Positions 42,152 to 51,149 of a stretch of DNA of 64,000 nucleotides are shown in pieces. Source of the DNA: Nitrospira sp. (lineage in GTDB: Bacteria > Nitrospirota > Nitrospiria > Nitrospirales > Nitrospiraceae); NCBI GenBank assembly GCA_047150005.1, contig AP038806.1:1888001-1952000 (forward strand), given 5' to 3'. Numbering within the stretch: the stretch's first letter is position 1; each line of letters opens with the position of its first letter. The notes under the pieces were generated by a model, which saw nothing but the letters and a program-made list of their open reading frames with translations, had not been told where the DNA came from and did not search any database. The position numbers and the translations under genes are program-made.

Positions 42152-42946
42152 ATGAGGAGTAGAGGTTGGCTCGCTGTTGTCATGGTCGGGCTGTTGGCTT
42201 GGTCGGATGCGGATGCAGTTCAGGCTGCGGCAGATCGAGAGAAGCTGCTCAAAGATCCCGGCGTCTCTGGGACGTTCGCTGTATTCAAGATAGACGGAGA
42301 TTGGTGGAAGCTAGATAAGGCGGCGAGAGGGGCGGCCGCGGCAGAAGTGAAGGCCATTTTCCAGAAACATGCCGACACCGTCACGGCCGATACCTATCTG
42401 CTTCGCGGGCTTTCTGAGAAAGCGGACTTCTTCGTCCGGCTTCATTCTATGGAAATGCTCAACAACCAGACCTTCCTCGTGGACTTGATGGGGTCAACGT
42501 TCGGAAAGTATCTACAAAACACCAATACGTTTAACGGCCTTACCAAAACGGCCAATTATGTGCCGGCCTTTCCGGATGACCTGAAAGAAGCGATGAAGAC
42601 CGCACCTGATCCCGGTCCTAAGTTTTATGTCGTCGTGGTACCGATCCGAAAGGACGCGGAATGGTGGATCACGGCGCAGGATGGACGGGGCACTATGATG
42701 AAAGAGCACGCAGATGCGACTGTGACCTACCTCAAGACAGTCAAACGTAAGCTCTATCACTCGAGCGGCTTAGACGACCTCGACTTCATCACGTATTTCG
42801 AAACCGCCAAACTGGACGATTTCAACAACTTGGTGATTGGACTTCAGCGGGTCAAAGAGAATCGTCACAACAAGCAGTTCGGGGACCCGACGCTGCTGGG
42901 CACCATCCATTCGCTGGATGAAATCCTGGAGATTTTTTCACGGTAA
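42152..42946 (+). CDS. cld: Chlorite dismutase, long exported (lineage I) type
   Basis: Signal peptide; ADREKLL, YLLRGL, PIRKDAEWW, proximal His (MKEH), distal Arg (VKRKLYHSSGLDD), DFITYFET; closely resembles Nitrospira Cld as recalled; RBS AGGAGG. Confidence 0.93.
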   Translation: MRSRGWLAVVMVGLLAWSDADAVQAAADREKLLKDPGVSGTFAVFKIDGDWWKLDKAARGAAAAEVKAIFQKHADTVTADTYLLRGLSEKADFFVRLHSMEMLNNQTFLVDLMGSTFGKYLQNTNTFNGLTKTANYVPAFPDDLKEAMKTAPDPGPKFYVVVVPIRKDAEWWITAQDGRGTMMKEHADATVTYLKTVKRKLYHSSGLDDLDFITYFETAKLDDFNNLVIGLQRVKENRHNKQFGDPTLLGTIHSLDEILEIFSR

Positions 42947-43056
42947 GCATAGCTCTAAGCCTTGGGCAGCTGGGACAATAACCGTAAATTCGTTTGGCAG
43001 CAGGGTGGTCAACTGGGTAAACCCTTGTGCTCAACGACTCTACGGGAAGGGCTTGA

Positions 43057-44019
43057 TCAGTCACGTGCGCGTAGCTCGCGTACACCGCGGCCGATCTTGC
43101 GACGGATGAGTGTGCGTAGCGTCACTCCATCTGCGTAGCCAACCTGAGCGGCAATCTGATCAACACTGGCCGTACTCGTTTGTAGCAGATGCACTGCATG
43201 CTCGACGCGAAGATCCTGAACGTACGCGAGCGGGGACTTGCCCAGCACGGATTGCAGGCGACGCGCTAGGGTACGTTCGCTTGTCACGACTGCGCGAGCC
43301 GCTTCGCTGAGCGAAAAACCGACAGCCAGCTGGCGCCGTGCCCACCGCTCGAACCGTTCGACTAGCGGGTCTGAGTGCGCAAAATGGTCAGGAATTGCGA
43401 ATGCCGCCTGCGATGGCCGTGGCTCAACCACCAGGTAGCGGGCCGTAAGGGCCGCCAGCGCCGGGCTTTTCCGACGCACCAACCACAACGCCAGATCGAG
43501 GTGGGCCAGCGCGGCGCCGGCGGTGACGAAGCGGGATGAACTCACGAGCATCCGCGAGTCGTCTAGCAAGACATGCGGGTACCGTTCACGAAAGAACGGG
43601 GCGAGCCACCAGGATGTTGTCCCATGCTGGCCATTGAGCAGCAAGGTGCCAGCAAGGACAAACGTGCCCGTGCATGCCGCGCCCACCAGTGTGCCGCTGC
43701 CAGACCAGCGACGAAGGAGCGCTTGTGCGTCCTTCACGTCTCGCCGTTCAAGCGCAAGTCGCAGGGGTTCAGGCATCTTTGCCCCGAGCGCTGGCACGAG
43801 GGCGACATCTGGACGCGTAAGTCTTGTAGCCGACCGTATAGGCACCACCAACCCTTGACTGGTGTGTACGCGGGAACGGACACCCACGATCGTCACATCA
43901 AAACGTGTCGACGGTGTCCCAGCGGATTCTGCGAGGTCGTTCGCCGTGCCGAAGGTATCGAGAAGAGTGGATAAGCCGGTGTCGAAGACCTCATTCAGCG
44001 CGAAAACATAAATTCGCAT
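43057..44019 (-). CDS. GlxA-type AraC regulator (DJ-1/PfpI + HTH)
   Basis: GAACTGTFVLA, TTSWW; C-terminal SERTLARR and IAAQVGYAD. Confidence 0.9.
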   Translation of the reverse strand: MRIYVFALNEVFDTGLSTLLDTFGTANDLAESAGTPSTRFDVTIVGVRSRVHTSQGLVVPIRSATRLTRPDVALVPALGAKMPEPLRLALERRDVKDAQALLRRWSGSGTLVGAACTGTFVLAGTLLLNGQHGTTSWWLAPFFRERYPHVLLDDSRMLVSSSRFVTAGAALAHLDLALWLVRRKSPALAALTARYLVVEPRPSQAAFAIPDHFAHSDPLVERFERWARRQLAVGFSLSEAARAVVTSERTLARRLQSVLGKSPLAYVQDLRVEHAVHLLQTSTASVDQIAAQVGYADGVTLRTLIRRKIGRGVRELRARD

Positions 44020-44122
44020 GGCGAGAACTGTAGCATAATTGTCATTCTTGCCACTAGTGCCAATTGGTATCCATCGCTAGAATACGCCTCACTCTGTTCA
44101 ACCTCTGAAAGGAGAAAGCACC

Positions 44123-44425
44123 ATGGTACGAGTTGCTCTGTTCGTGCGATTGAAAGCCAAGCCAGGGAAGGAAGCGGATGTCGCACGATTTCTCGAAAGC
44201 GGCCTCACTCTGGCGAATCAGGAAGCCACGACGCCGATCTGGTTCGCACTGCAGTTGGGGCCGGCGACGTTTGGCATCTTCGATGCCTTTGCTGATGAAG
44301 CAGGCCGCAAGGCACATTTGGCTGGCCCGATCGCGGCAGCATTGATGGCCAAGGCATCCGAGTTGCTTGCTGAACCACCACAGATCGAGCAAGTCGACGT
44401 GCTCGGCGCGAAGATCTCGCACTGA
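44123..44425 (+). CDS. ABM-family (putative quinol) monooxygenase
   Basis: LKAKPGKE, FGIFDAFADEAGRKAHL; divergent from the regulator. Confidence 0.85.
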   Translation: MVRVALFVRLKAKPGKEADVARFLESGLTLANQEATTPIWFALQLGPATFGIFDAFADEAGRKAHLAGPIAAALMAKASELLAEPPQIEQVDVLGAKISH

Positions 44426-44480
44426 GGTCTGGTAAGGAGAGGAGTTCAGTTTGGTCGGTGTGAGGAGATTGTTTGCCGAT

Positions 44481-44534
44481 TTGCCATGAGCGGCAGCCAG
44501 CAGTTTCCGGAGGCTGCCGCTCGACTTATGGCAA
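44481..44534. terminator. Strong stem-loop downstream of the monooxygenase
   Basis: GAGCGGCAGCC-N13-GGCTGCCGCTC extended by TTGCCAT/ATGGCAA; no clear U-tract. Confidence 0.4.
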
Positions 44535-45125
44535 GATATTGGTGGACAAGACCGGCTGTCTGGAAGCCCGTCAAAAGCGTTGCGAAGAACGAGGCGTCAT
44601 TCTATGGATATGGTTGAGCTGAATTTGTGCTGAAAGCTATCGCAATTGGAGGAAACCATTGGAAGCGATAGAATACTTGGAATCTTCTCAAGACTGCGAA
44701 TTCATATGAAAAACGGGGAAACCATTTGAAACACCGAGCCTTTTTTTAAAAACGCCTTGGTCACATTCCTAAACCGCGGGTCGTACGTTCCATTCGTATT
44801 GAGGGCACCATTCTTCTTCATCAATTTGCTGGGCTGGCTTCAGCCACGGCACCTGCTCCCTCAGAAAATATTTTCGATCATCCCTGCAGTTCCTCGGATC
44901 TCGTCCGAGTCCGTCCGCTCCGGATCGTCTATAAGCCATACCAGGAGCGGCTTATCATGATTTGATCGCACCACCGGTGCGTCCGGTGACCGAATACCTC
45001 CTGCATACTCGTGTCCCTTCCGGACCACTCCTGACCTCTTCTCCCTAATGTTCTTTCCTCTCCCAGTTCGCTACCTTCAGCACTACCGGCAGGCAGGGCG
45101 GGTGGTCCAGGGAAGGAGGGCGAAC

Positions 45126-45437
45126 ATGAAGAAGACAACAGACGACGGTCGTGTCTCAATTCGAGAATTGGCCGCGCTGCTGCAGGTCAGTACCGACACC
45201 ATCCGGCGGGCATACCGAAAAGGTGAGATTCCGGCAACTCGTGTGCGAACCGCGCTCCGGTTCGACCTCGACGAAGTGCTTCGCTCTCTGCGACGCAATG
45301 CCGAAGTCCGCCATGGCAGGAACCCCGGCGCGCCGGGCGGCGAGAGCCGGCCGCGCGCAGGGGACACCAGCCCCCGGACTGGTAACACGGGGGCACTACC
45401 CACAGGACTCGTTACAGGAGGTCTACCGATTCGATGA
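45126..45437 (+). CDS. Excisionase/MerR-like HTH protein
   Basis: SIRELAALLQVSTDTIRRAYRKGEIPA..LRFD; RBS GGAGG; ATGA coupling to rep. Confidence 0.8.
   Translation: MKKTTDDGRVSIRELAALLQVSTDTIRRAYRKGEIPATRVRTALRFDLDEVLRSLRRNAEVRHGRNPGAPGGESRPRAGDTSPRTGNTGALPTGLVTGGLPIR
45370..45394 (+). promoter_or_regulatory. Putative Rep_trans nick site (dso/oriT) hairpin
   Basis: GCCCCCG-gactggTAACA-CGGGGGC, 40 nt upstream of rep; resembles C-run/TAACA/G-run origins of Rep_trans/MOBT elements. Confidence 0.65.
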
Positions 45438-46483
45438 GCTCCCCCTTTACCCTGACCATTGATTGGCTCGCCTTCACTCTGCCGTCGGGCTCTGTCACAG
45501 CCACGATGGAGCGGCTCGGAGGCGACTGGACCAAAAGCCAAACCGGCTTTCGCGGCTATCCCGCCTCCTGGATCACCACGAGTGCCAGCCGAGGGGTGGG
45601 CAAACTGGGCACGGGTGCGACGCGTGCGCCCCTCGAAATTCATGTCGATCTCTCCGCCGGCATTGTCGCCCCGTGGTCATCTGGAAAGGTCCGCACGGTC
45701 CTTCAATGGATCTTGACGCAACAGGGCCATCTAACGCGCCTCGATTGTGCGTTCGACGATCGGAACAGCTGTGTGCCTCTCGCGACGATCAGGGAAGCCA
45801 TGGAAGCCGGTCAGTGTGTGACGCGGGCGGACCACCTACAGCGCATCTCGTCCAGGTCCCTCCATCACGACACGCCCAGCGGAGAGACGCTCTATCTCGG
45901 CAGTCCTCAGAGTCACACCCTGCTGCGCATCTATGACAAGCGCCTGGAGAGTCAGGCGAAGCAGCGAGAGGAGTGGCAGGAGTACGGCATCCGGTGGGAG
46001 TTGGAGTTGAAGAAAGATCGCGCCCAAGTCTGTGGACAGGTCCTGTCCTACCTGGAGGAACCCGACTGGCTCGAATTCATGGTGGGGGTGCTCCGAGGCT
46101 ATGTCGATTTCCGAGCCACGAGCCGCGACGAGGACGACGAGTTTCGGTATCGGGCTCCCTTACTGGACTGGTGGCTGCTCCTCACCGATGGATTCAAGAA
46201 AGGCCGTCTCGTGGTGGAGAAAGAGGCCCGGACCCTTCCCAAGGTGAAGCGCTGGGTGAGTCAGTCCGTCGCGCCGATGTTGGCCGTCATCTATGAGGCA
46301 GATCCCAGTGGGCAGGCGTGGTTAGCGCGGCAAATCCGTGCGGGCAAGCGCCGATGGAAAGACAAACATCGGGGACTCCTGCAGAACGAGAACCAATCGA
46401 CTTCTAAGAAAGACGCCGGTGGTGACACGGGCGGACCAGACAGGGGGGTGCGGGGGTGTCGTCAGACGCCCCCGACTTCTTGA
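45434..46483 (+). CDS. Rep_trans-family replication initiator/relaxase
   Basis: IDWLAFT, TRLDCAFD, GETLYLGS, LRIYDK, RWELELK. Confidence 0.88.
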   Translation: MSSPFTLTIDWLAFTLPSGSVTATMERLGGDWTKSQTGFRGYPASWITTSASRGVGKLGTGATRAPLEIHVDLSAGIVAPWSSGKVRTVLQWILTQQGHLTRLDCAFDDRNSCVPLATIREAMEAGQCVTRADHLQRISSRSLHHDTPSGETLYLGSPQSHTLLRIYDKRLESQAKQREEWQEYGIRWELELKKDRAQVCGQVLSYLEEPDWLEFMVGVLRGYVDFRATSRDEDDEFRYRAPLLDWWLLLTDGFKKGRLVVEKEARTLPKVKRWVSQSVAPMLAVIYEADPSGQAWLARQIRAGKRRWKDKHRGLLQNENQSTSKKDAGGDTGGPDRGVRGCRQTPPTS

Positions 46484-46495
46484 GAAGGTAAGATC

Positions 46496-46792
46496 ATGCT
46501 CCTCACCGTGAAAGAGCTCTCGACCTGGCTCAATATCAAGCAGTCGACGCTGTACCTCTGGGCGGCGCAAGGAAAGATTCCTTGTCGGAAGATTCATGGA
46601 TTGATCCGGTTTGACCCGGAAGCCATCACCGCCTGGCTGCAGTCATTTGAGCCAAGCCAGACCGCGGCGGTGTTACCAGTACACCGCCAAACACCCCGCG
46701 ACCTGGATCAACTGATTGAAGCAGCAAAACGCCAGGTCTATACTCCCGCCTGCGAGAAACCAGACGAGATCAGGGCCAAGCAAGGAGGTTAA
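46496..46792 (+). CDS. Excisionase-like HTH protein
   Basis: LLTVKELSTWLNIKQSTLYLWAAQGKIP...LIRFD, immediately upstream of int. Confidence 0.85.
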   Translation: MLLTVKELSTWLNIKQSTLYLWAAQGKIPCRKIHGLIRFDPEAITAWLQSFEPSQTAAVLPVHRQTPRDLDQLIEAAKRQVYTPACEKPDEIRAKQGG

Positions 46793-46794
46793 TG

Positions 46795-47892
46795 ATGGCT
46801 CTGTTTCGGCGAGGCCGCGTCTGGTGGATGGGTTTTCCCTATGAAGGGAAACAGATCAGGAGATCCACGGAGGTCACGGATAAGAAGCTGGCGGAGAAGA
46901 TTTATCACAAGGTGATGGTCCAAATTGCTGAAGGCAAGTGGTATCCGCCTGAAGCAGGGGCAGACAAGACCGTGAAAGAACTCTTGGAGCGATATCTCAG
47001 AGATCATTCGGCTTGCAATAGAGCCCCCACGACACACAGATGTGACAAGTCTCGTGTTCAGGCACTGATCCGGGTCTTCGGGGATTTGACGTTGAAGGAA
47101 GTGCGACCGTCTCTTTTAGCAGCGCATAAAGCGAAGCGACGGGCTGACGGTGCGGCGGCTAAGACGATCAACAATGAACTGACGCTCTTAGGCCATGCCT
47201 TTCAGCTTGCGGTGAAGGAATGGGAATGGGTGGCGGACAATCCGGTGCAACGGGTCTCGAAAGAGAAAGTGCGGAATCTGATTGAGCGATGGCTGACCGC
47301 AGAAGAAGAACAGCGTCTCTTAGCGGCCTCTCCTGTATGGCTACAAGAGATCATTCTCTTCGCGGTCAATACCGGACTCCGGCAGAGTGAAATTCTGAAC
47401 CTCCAATGGTGCAATGTGGATCTGTTCAGGAGAACTATTACGCTGCTGGAACAAAAGAACGGAGGCAGAGATACGCTTCCAGTGAATGCAAAGACGCTGG
47501 AGGTACTCAAAGCCAGGGCGAAAGTCCGATCGCTCAAGACCGATTATGTCTTCTTCAACGGGGCCGGGAACCGAATGGATGCGCGGGATCTCCTGCGCGT
47601 CTTTTATCCAGCCATGAGAAAGGCAGATGTGAAACGATTCCGGTTTCATGATCTGCGCCATACCTTTGCCACTCGACTCGTGCAAGCCGGCGCCGACATC
47701 TACACCGTGCAAAAGCTTGGACGGTGGAAAACCATTTCTATGGTGATGCGATATGCGCACCATCATCCGGAAAGTTTACGCGCTGGTATTGAGATTCTTG
47801 ATCGTGTTCCGGCGGGAATTAGCACAGTTTTAGCACAATCGGCTAATTTCACTGTGTCGGAAGCCGGGAGGGAATCGGTTGTAAGCTGTTGA
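46795..47892 (+). CDS. Tyrosine recombinase/integrase
   Basis: TGLRQSEI, QKNG, FHDLRHTFA, LGRWK, MRYAH; ends 17 nt from the tRNA 3' end. Confidence 0.95.
   Translation: MALFRRGRVWWMGFPYEGKQIRRSTEVTDKKLAEKIYHKVMVQIAEGKWYPPEAGADKTVKELLERYLRDHSACNRAPTTHRCDKSRVQALIRVFGDLTLKEVRPSLLAAHKAKRRADGAAAKTINNELTLLGHAFQLAVKEWEWVADNPVQRVSKEKVRNLIERWLTAEEEQRLLAASPVWLQEIILFAVNTGLRQSEILNLQWCNVDLFRRTITLLEQKNGGRDTLPVNAKTLEVLKARAKVRSLKTDYVFFNGAGNRMDARDLLRVFYPAMRKADVKRFRFHDLRHTFATRLVQAGADIYTVQKLGRWKTISMVMRYAHHHPESLRAGIEILDRVPAGISTVLAQSANFTVSEAGRESVVSC
47819..47837 (+). repeat. Putative integrase arm-type sites, right end (inside int 3' end)
   Basis: TTAGCACA-gtt-TTAGCACA. Confidence 0.7.
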
Positions 47893-47909
47893 AGGAAAAG
47901 AGAGAAGGT

Positions 47910-47986
<77 letters not shown>

Positions 47987-47991
47987 CGCGG

Positions 47992-48021
47992 AATCTAACA
48001 AAGCGTCGAACGGCAAGTCAA
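47992..48021 (-). promoter_or_regulatory. Probable promoter of tRNA-fMet
   Basis: TTGACT-N18-TAGATT with TG extension on the minus strand. Confidence 0.55.
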
Positions 48022-48074
48022 GCAAAGGTCGAGTGCCGGTTGCATTCTCAGGAAGCAGGTGCTAAAGCGGGAGC

Positions 48075-49031
48075 ATGCGCGTCATTTTCATGGGCACACC
48101 GGATTTCGCCGTTCCGTCTCTGGAAGCGATCCTGAATTCCGACGACGAAGTCGTCGGAGTGGTCACGCAACCCGATCGACCAAAGGGCCGTGGGCAGACG
48201 CTGGTGTTCTCGCCCGTGAAGGATCTTGCCTTGCGGCGGCAGATTCCCATTTTGCAGCCGACCAAGATGAGGGATCCGGATTTTTTGGCGGCCTTGCGTG
48301 GATGGAATTCCGACATCATCGCCGTGGCGGCGTTCGGCCGCATCCTTCCTCCGTCGATTCTTTCCCTTCCCCGGAACGGATGCGTGAACGTACACGGCTC
48401 GCTGCTGCCGCGTTATCGCGGGGCGGCTCCCATTCAATGGGCAGTCATCAACGGTGAAACTGAAACCGGTATTACGACGATGCTGATGGACGAGGGCATG
48501 GACACCGGAGCGATCCTACTGCAGGAACGTCTAGCCATTGAGCCGCAGGACACGGCCGGGAGCCTGTCGGTCCGCATGGCCGCACTGGGCGGAGGGATGC
48601 TCATCGAGACATTGAAGCGCTTGAAAGCCGGGACGCTCACGTCGAGGCGACAGGATGATAACCAGGCGACACTCGCTCCGATGCTGAAGAAAGAGGATGG
48701 GCTCGTCGATTGGAGCCTCTCCGCCCCCGCGCTTGCCAACAGGATTCGCGGGTTAACCCCCTGGCCCGGCGCCTACACGTTTGTGCACGATGATCGCTGG
48801 GTCCTGTGGAACGCGGCGGCATCCAGCGAACCGACGTCTGCAGCACCGGGCACGATCGTCAACGTGTCCAAGCAAGCGCTTCGCATTGCAACCGGCGAAG
48901 GGCTGCTGGCGGTCACCGAGCTTCAGGTCGCCAACAGCCGCCGGATGACGGTGTCGCAGTACCTCGCGGGCCATGCTATCCAACCAGGCCTGCGTCTGGG
49001 GCCTCCGTCACCGGTTAGCCCCGGTCCCTAG
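48075..49031 (+). CDS. fmt: Methionyl-tRNA formyltransferase
   Basis: FMGTPDFA, NVHGSLLPRYRGAAPIQ. Confidence 0.96.
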   Translation: MRVIFMGTPDFAVPSLEAILNSDDEVVGVVTQPDRPKGRGQTLVFSPVKDLALRRQIPILQPTKMRDPDFLAALRGWNSDIIAVAAFGRILPPSILSLPRNGCVNVHGSLLPRYRGAAPIQWAVINGETETGITTMLMDEGMDTGAILLQERLAIEPQDTAGSLSVRMAALGGGMLIETLKRLKAGTLTSRRQDDNQATLAPMLKKEDGLVDWSLSAPALANRIRGLTPWPGAYTFVHDDRWVLWNAAASSEPTSAAPGTIVNVSKQALRIATGEGLLAVTELQVANSRRMTVSQYLAGHAIQPGLRLGPPSPVSPGP

Positions 49032-49033
49032 AC

Positions 49034-50464
49034 ATGCCCACCGATCCCAGCCCTGCTCCCCTCGTGCACAGGCCCTCCGCAAGATCGATCGCCTTAGCCG
49101 TATTGGTGGAATCGACACAGTCGGACGACCCCATCGATGGCCTGCTGGAGCGGGCCTGCGCGCCGATAGGCCATGATGCGAGAGAACGGGCCTTAACGGT
49201 GGAGCTCGTCTACGGCGTGCTCCGACATCAGGCAACGATCGACTGGAGGTTGGAGCCGGTTCTCGACAAGCCGATGCAGAAGCTGCCGCGGCTGATTCAG
49301 ATGCTTCTCCGGATCGCTGCCCATCAGCTGATCTATCTCGATCGCATCCCTCACTCGGCGGCGGTCTACGAGTCGGTCCGGCTGGTCAAAGTCAATGTTC
49401 CGTTCCTGGGAAGGGATTGGAGCGGCTTCGTCAACGCCGTTCTGCGCGCCCTGCTTCGAAATCCTGTTGCGCCCTGGCCTTCCCTGGCGGACGATCCCAT
49501 CCACTCGCTTTCCGTGCGTTATTCCGTTCCAGAATGGCTGAGCCGTCGATGGATCCATCGGCTCGGACCTGATGCGGCCGAGGCCGCCTCCGCCCACTCC
49601 GTCACTATTCCGCCCGTGACGATCAGGGTCAATCGGCTCAAGTCGACACGCGACGAGTTTCTGGAGCGGCTTCGACAAAGCGGGGTATCGGCTTCCCCGA
49701 CAAGCGTGAGCCCGGTGGGTATCACGATCGAGCCGCACGGGCCCATCACGTTTCTCCCGGGATTTTCAGAGGGCTGCTTCTATGTCGAAGACGAAGCGGC
49801 TCCGCTCATCCCTCCCCTTCTCGGCGCGAGTTCCGGTGAGTCGATCCTTGATGCCTGCGCGGCACCGGGAGGAAAGACGACTCATTTGGCCGAATTGATC
49901 GGAGACCGAGGGACCATCCTGGCCCTCGATAAGAAAGGAACGAGGCTTGACCTTGTCGCGGCCAATTGTGCGAGGCTCGGATTGCGGAGTGTGATGCCGA
50001 TTACCGGCGATGCTCGATACAGAGATAAATGGCAACGTGCGGCCACACCTCCGTTTGATCGTGCCGAAGTCCAGCGTGGACCGTTCGATCGCATGCTTGT
50101 CGATGCTCCCTGCAGCGGGTTGGGAGTGTTGCGCCGACACCCCGAGGCGAAGTGGCGGAAGCACAGTGCTGCACTTGTCCGCCATCAAACGCTGCAGCTG
50201 GAGATTCTGAATGCGCTCAGCGCAAGCTTGCGGCCCGGCGGTGTGCTGGTCTATAGTACCTGCTCGGCCGAACCGGAAGAGACCGAAGCCGTTGTCGCGA
50301 GATTCCTCAATGCTCATGCGGACTTCCGTCGCGAGTCCCTCGCTCCGTGGCTTTCGGGCAGGGCCCAGGATTTCCTGACCAGCCAGGGAGACCTGACCAC
50401 GGAGAATAACCGGCACGCGATGGATGTCTTCTATGCCTCGCGCCTCAGGAAACGAGATTCATGA
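49034..50464 (+). CDS. rsmB: 16S rRNA m5C967 methyltransferase RsmB/Sun
   Basis: NusB-like N-terminus; DACAAPGGKT, DAPCSGLG, YSTCS. Confidence 0.93.
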   Translation: MPTDPSPAPLVHRPSARSIALAVLVESTQSDDPIDGLLERACAPIGHDARERALTVELVYGVLRHQATIDWRLEPVLDKPMQKLPRLIQMLLRIAAHQLIYLDRIPHSAAVYESVRLVKVNVPFLGRDWSGFVNAVLRALLRNPVAPWPSLADDPIHSLSVRYSVPEWLSRRWIHRLGPDAAEAASAHSVTIPPVTIRVNRLKSTRDEFLERLRQSGVSASPTSVSPVGITIEPHGPITFLPGFSEGCFYVEDEAAPLIPPLLGASSGESILDACAAPGGKTTHLAELIGDRGTILALDKKGTRLDLVAANCARLGLRSVMPITGDARYRDKWQRAATPPFDRAEVQRGPFDRMLVDAPCSGLGVLRRHPEAKWRKHSAALVRHQTLQLEILNALSASLRPGGVLVYSTCSAEPEETEAVVARFLNAHADFRRESLAPWLSGRAQDFLTSQGDLTTENNRHAMDVFYASRLRKRDS

Positions 50465-51141
50465 CCAGACCTGCCCGCATCGCTCCTTCGATCCTGTCGG
50501 CTGACTTTGCCCGCTTGGCGGATGAAGTCGCCGCCGTCGAGCGCGGGGGTGCGGATTTTCTGCATGTGGACGTCATGGACGGCCACTTCGTTCCCAATTT
50601 GACCATCGGCCCCCCGATCGTCGAATCCCTGAAAAAAGTGACCAAGCTGCCGCTGGATGTGCATCTGATGATTACGAACCCGGATGCGTTCATCCCGGAG
50701 TTTGCCGCCGCGGGGGCCGACTACTTGACCGTGCACGTGGAAGCCTGTCCTCATCTCCACCGGACTGTCCAGTTGATCAAAGAGCACCGAGTCAAGGCCG
50801 GAGTGACCTTGAACCCCGCGACGTCGCTGCACACGCTGGATGAAATTCTTCCGGATGTGGATCTCGTCCTTATCATGTCGGTCAATCCGGGTTTCGGCGG
50901 TCAGAAATTCATCGACTCCTGTCTCCAGAAGGTCGCGAACGCCAGGCACATGCTGGATCAGGTCCGAAGCCAGGCCCTCCTGGAAGTCGACGGCGGCATC
51001 AAAGTGGACAATGCCGGCCGCATTCTGGCTGCCGGCGCGGAGGTGCTGGTGGCAGGCTCAGCAGTCTTCTCCAGCCCGGACTACGGCGCCACCATCGCGG
51101 CATTGCGAGCCGCCGGGCAGCCAGCCTCGGCGCATCGATAG
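50461..51141 (+). CDS. rpe: Ribulose-phosphate 3-epimerase
   Basis: IAPSILSADF, HVDVMDGHFVPN, MSVNPGFGGQ. Confidence 0.96.
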   Translation: MTRPARIAPSILSADFARLADEVAAVERGGADFLHVDVMDGHFVPNLTIGPPIVESLKKVTKLPLDVHLMITNPDAFIPEFAAAGADYLTVHVEACPHLHRTVQLIKEHRVKAGVTLNPATSLHTLDEILPDVDLVLIMSVNPGFGGQKFIDSCLQKVANARHMLDQVRSQALLEVDGGIKVDNAGRILAAGAEVLVAGSAVFSSPDYGATIAALRAAGQPASAHR

Positions 51142-51149
51142 GCCCTCGG

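Noticed and set aside
46795..47892. Island integrase as the IntI for the attC array
   Set aside because: It has a phage/island-type layout beside a tRNA att site, no evident IntI-specific insertion, and lies over 22 kb away.
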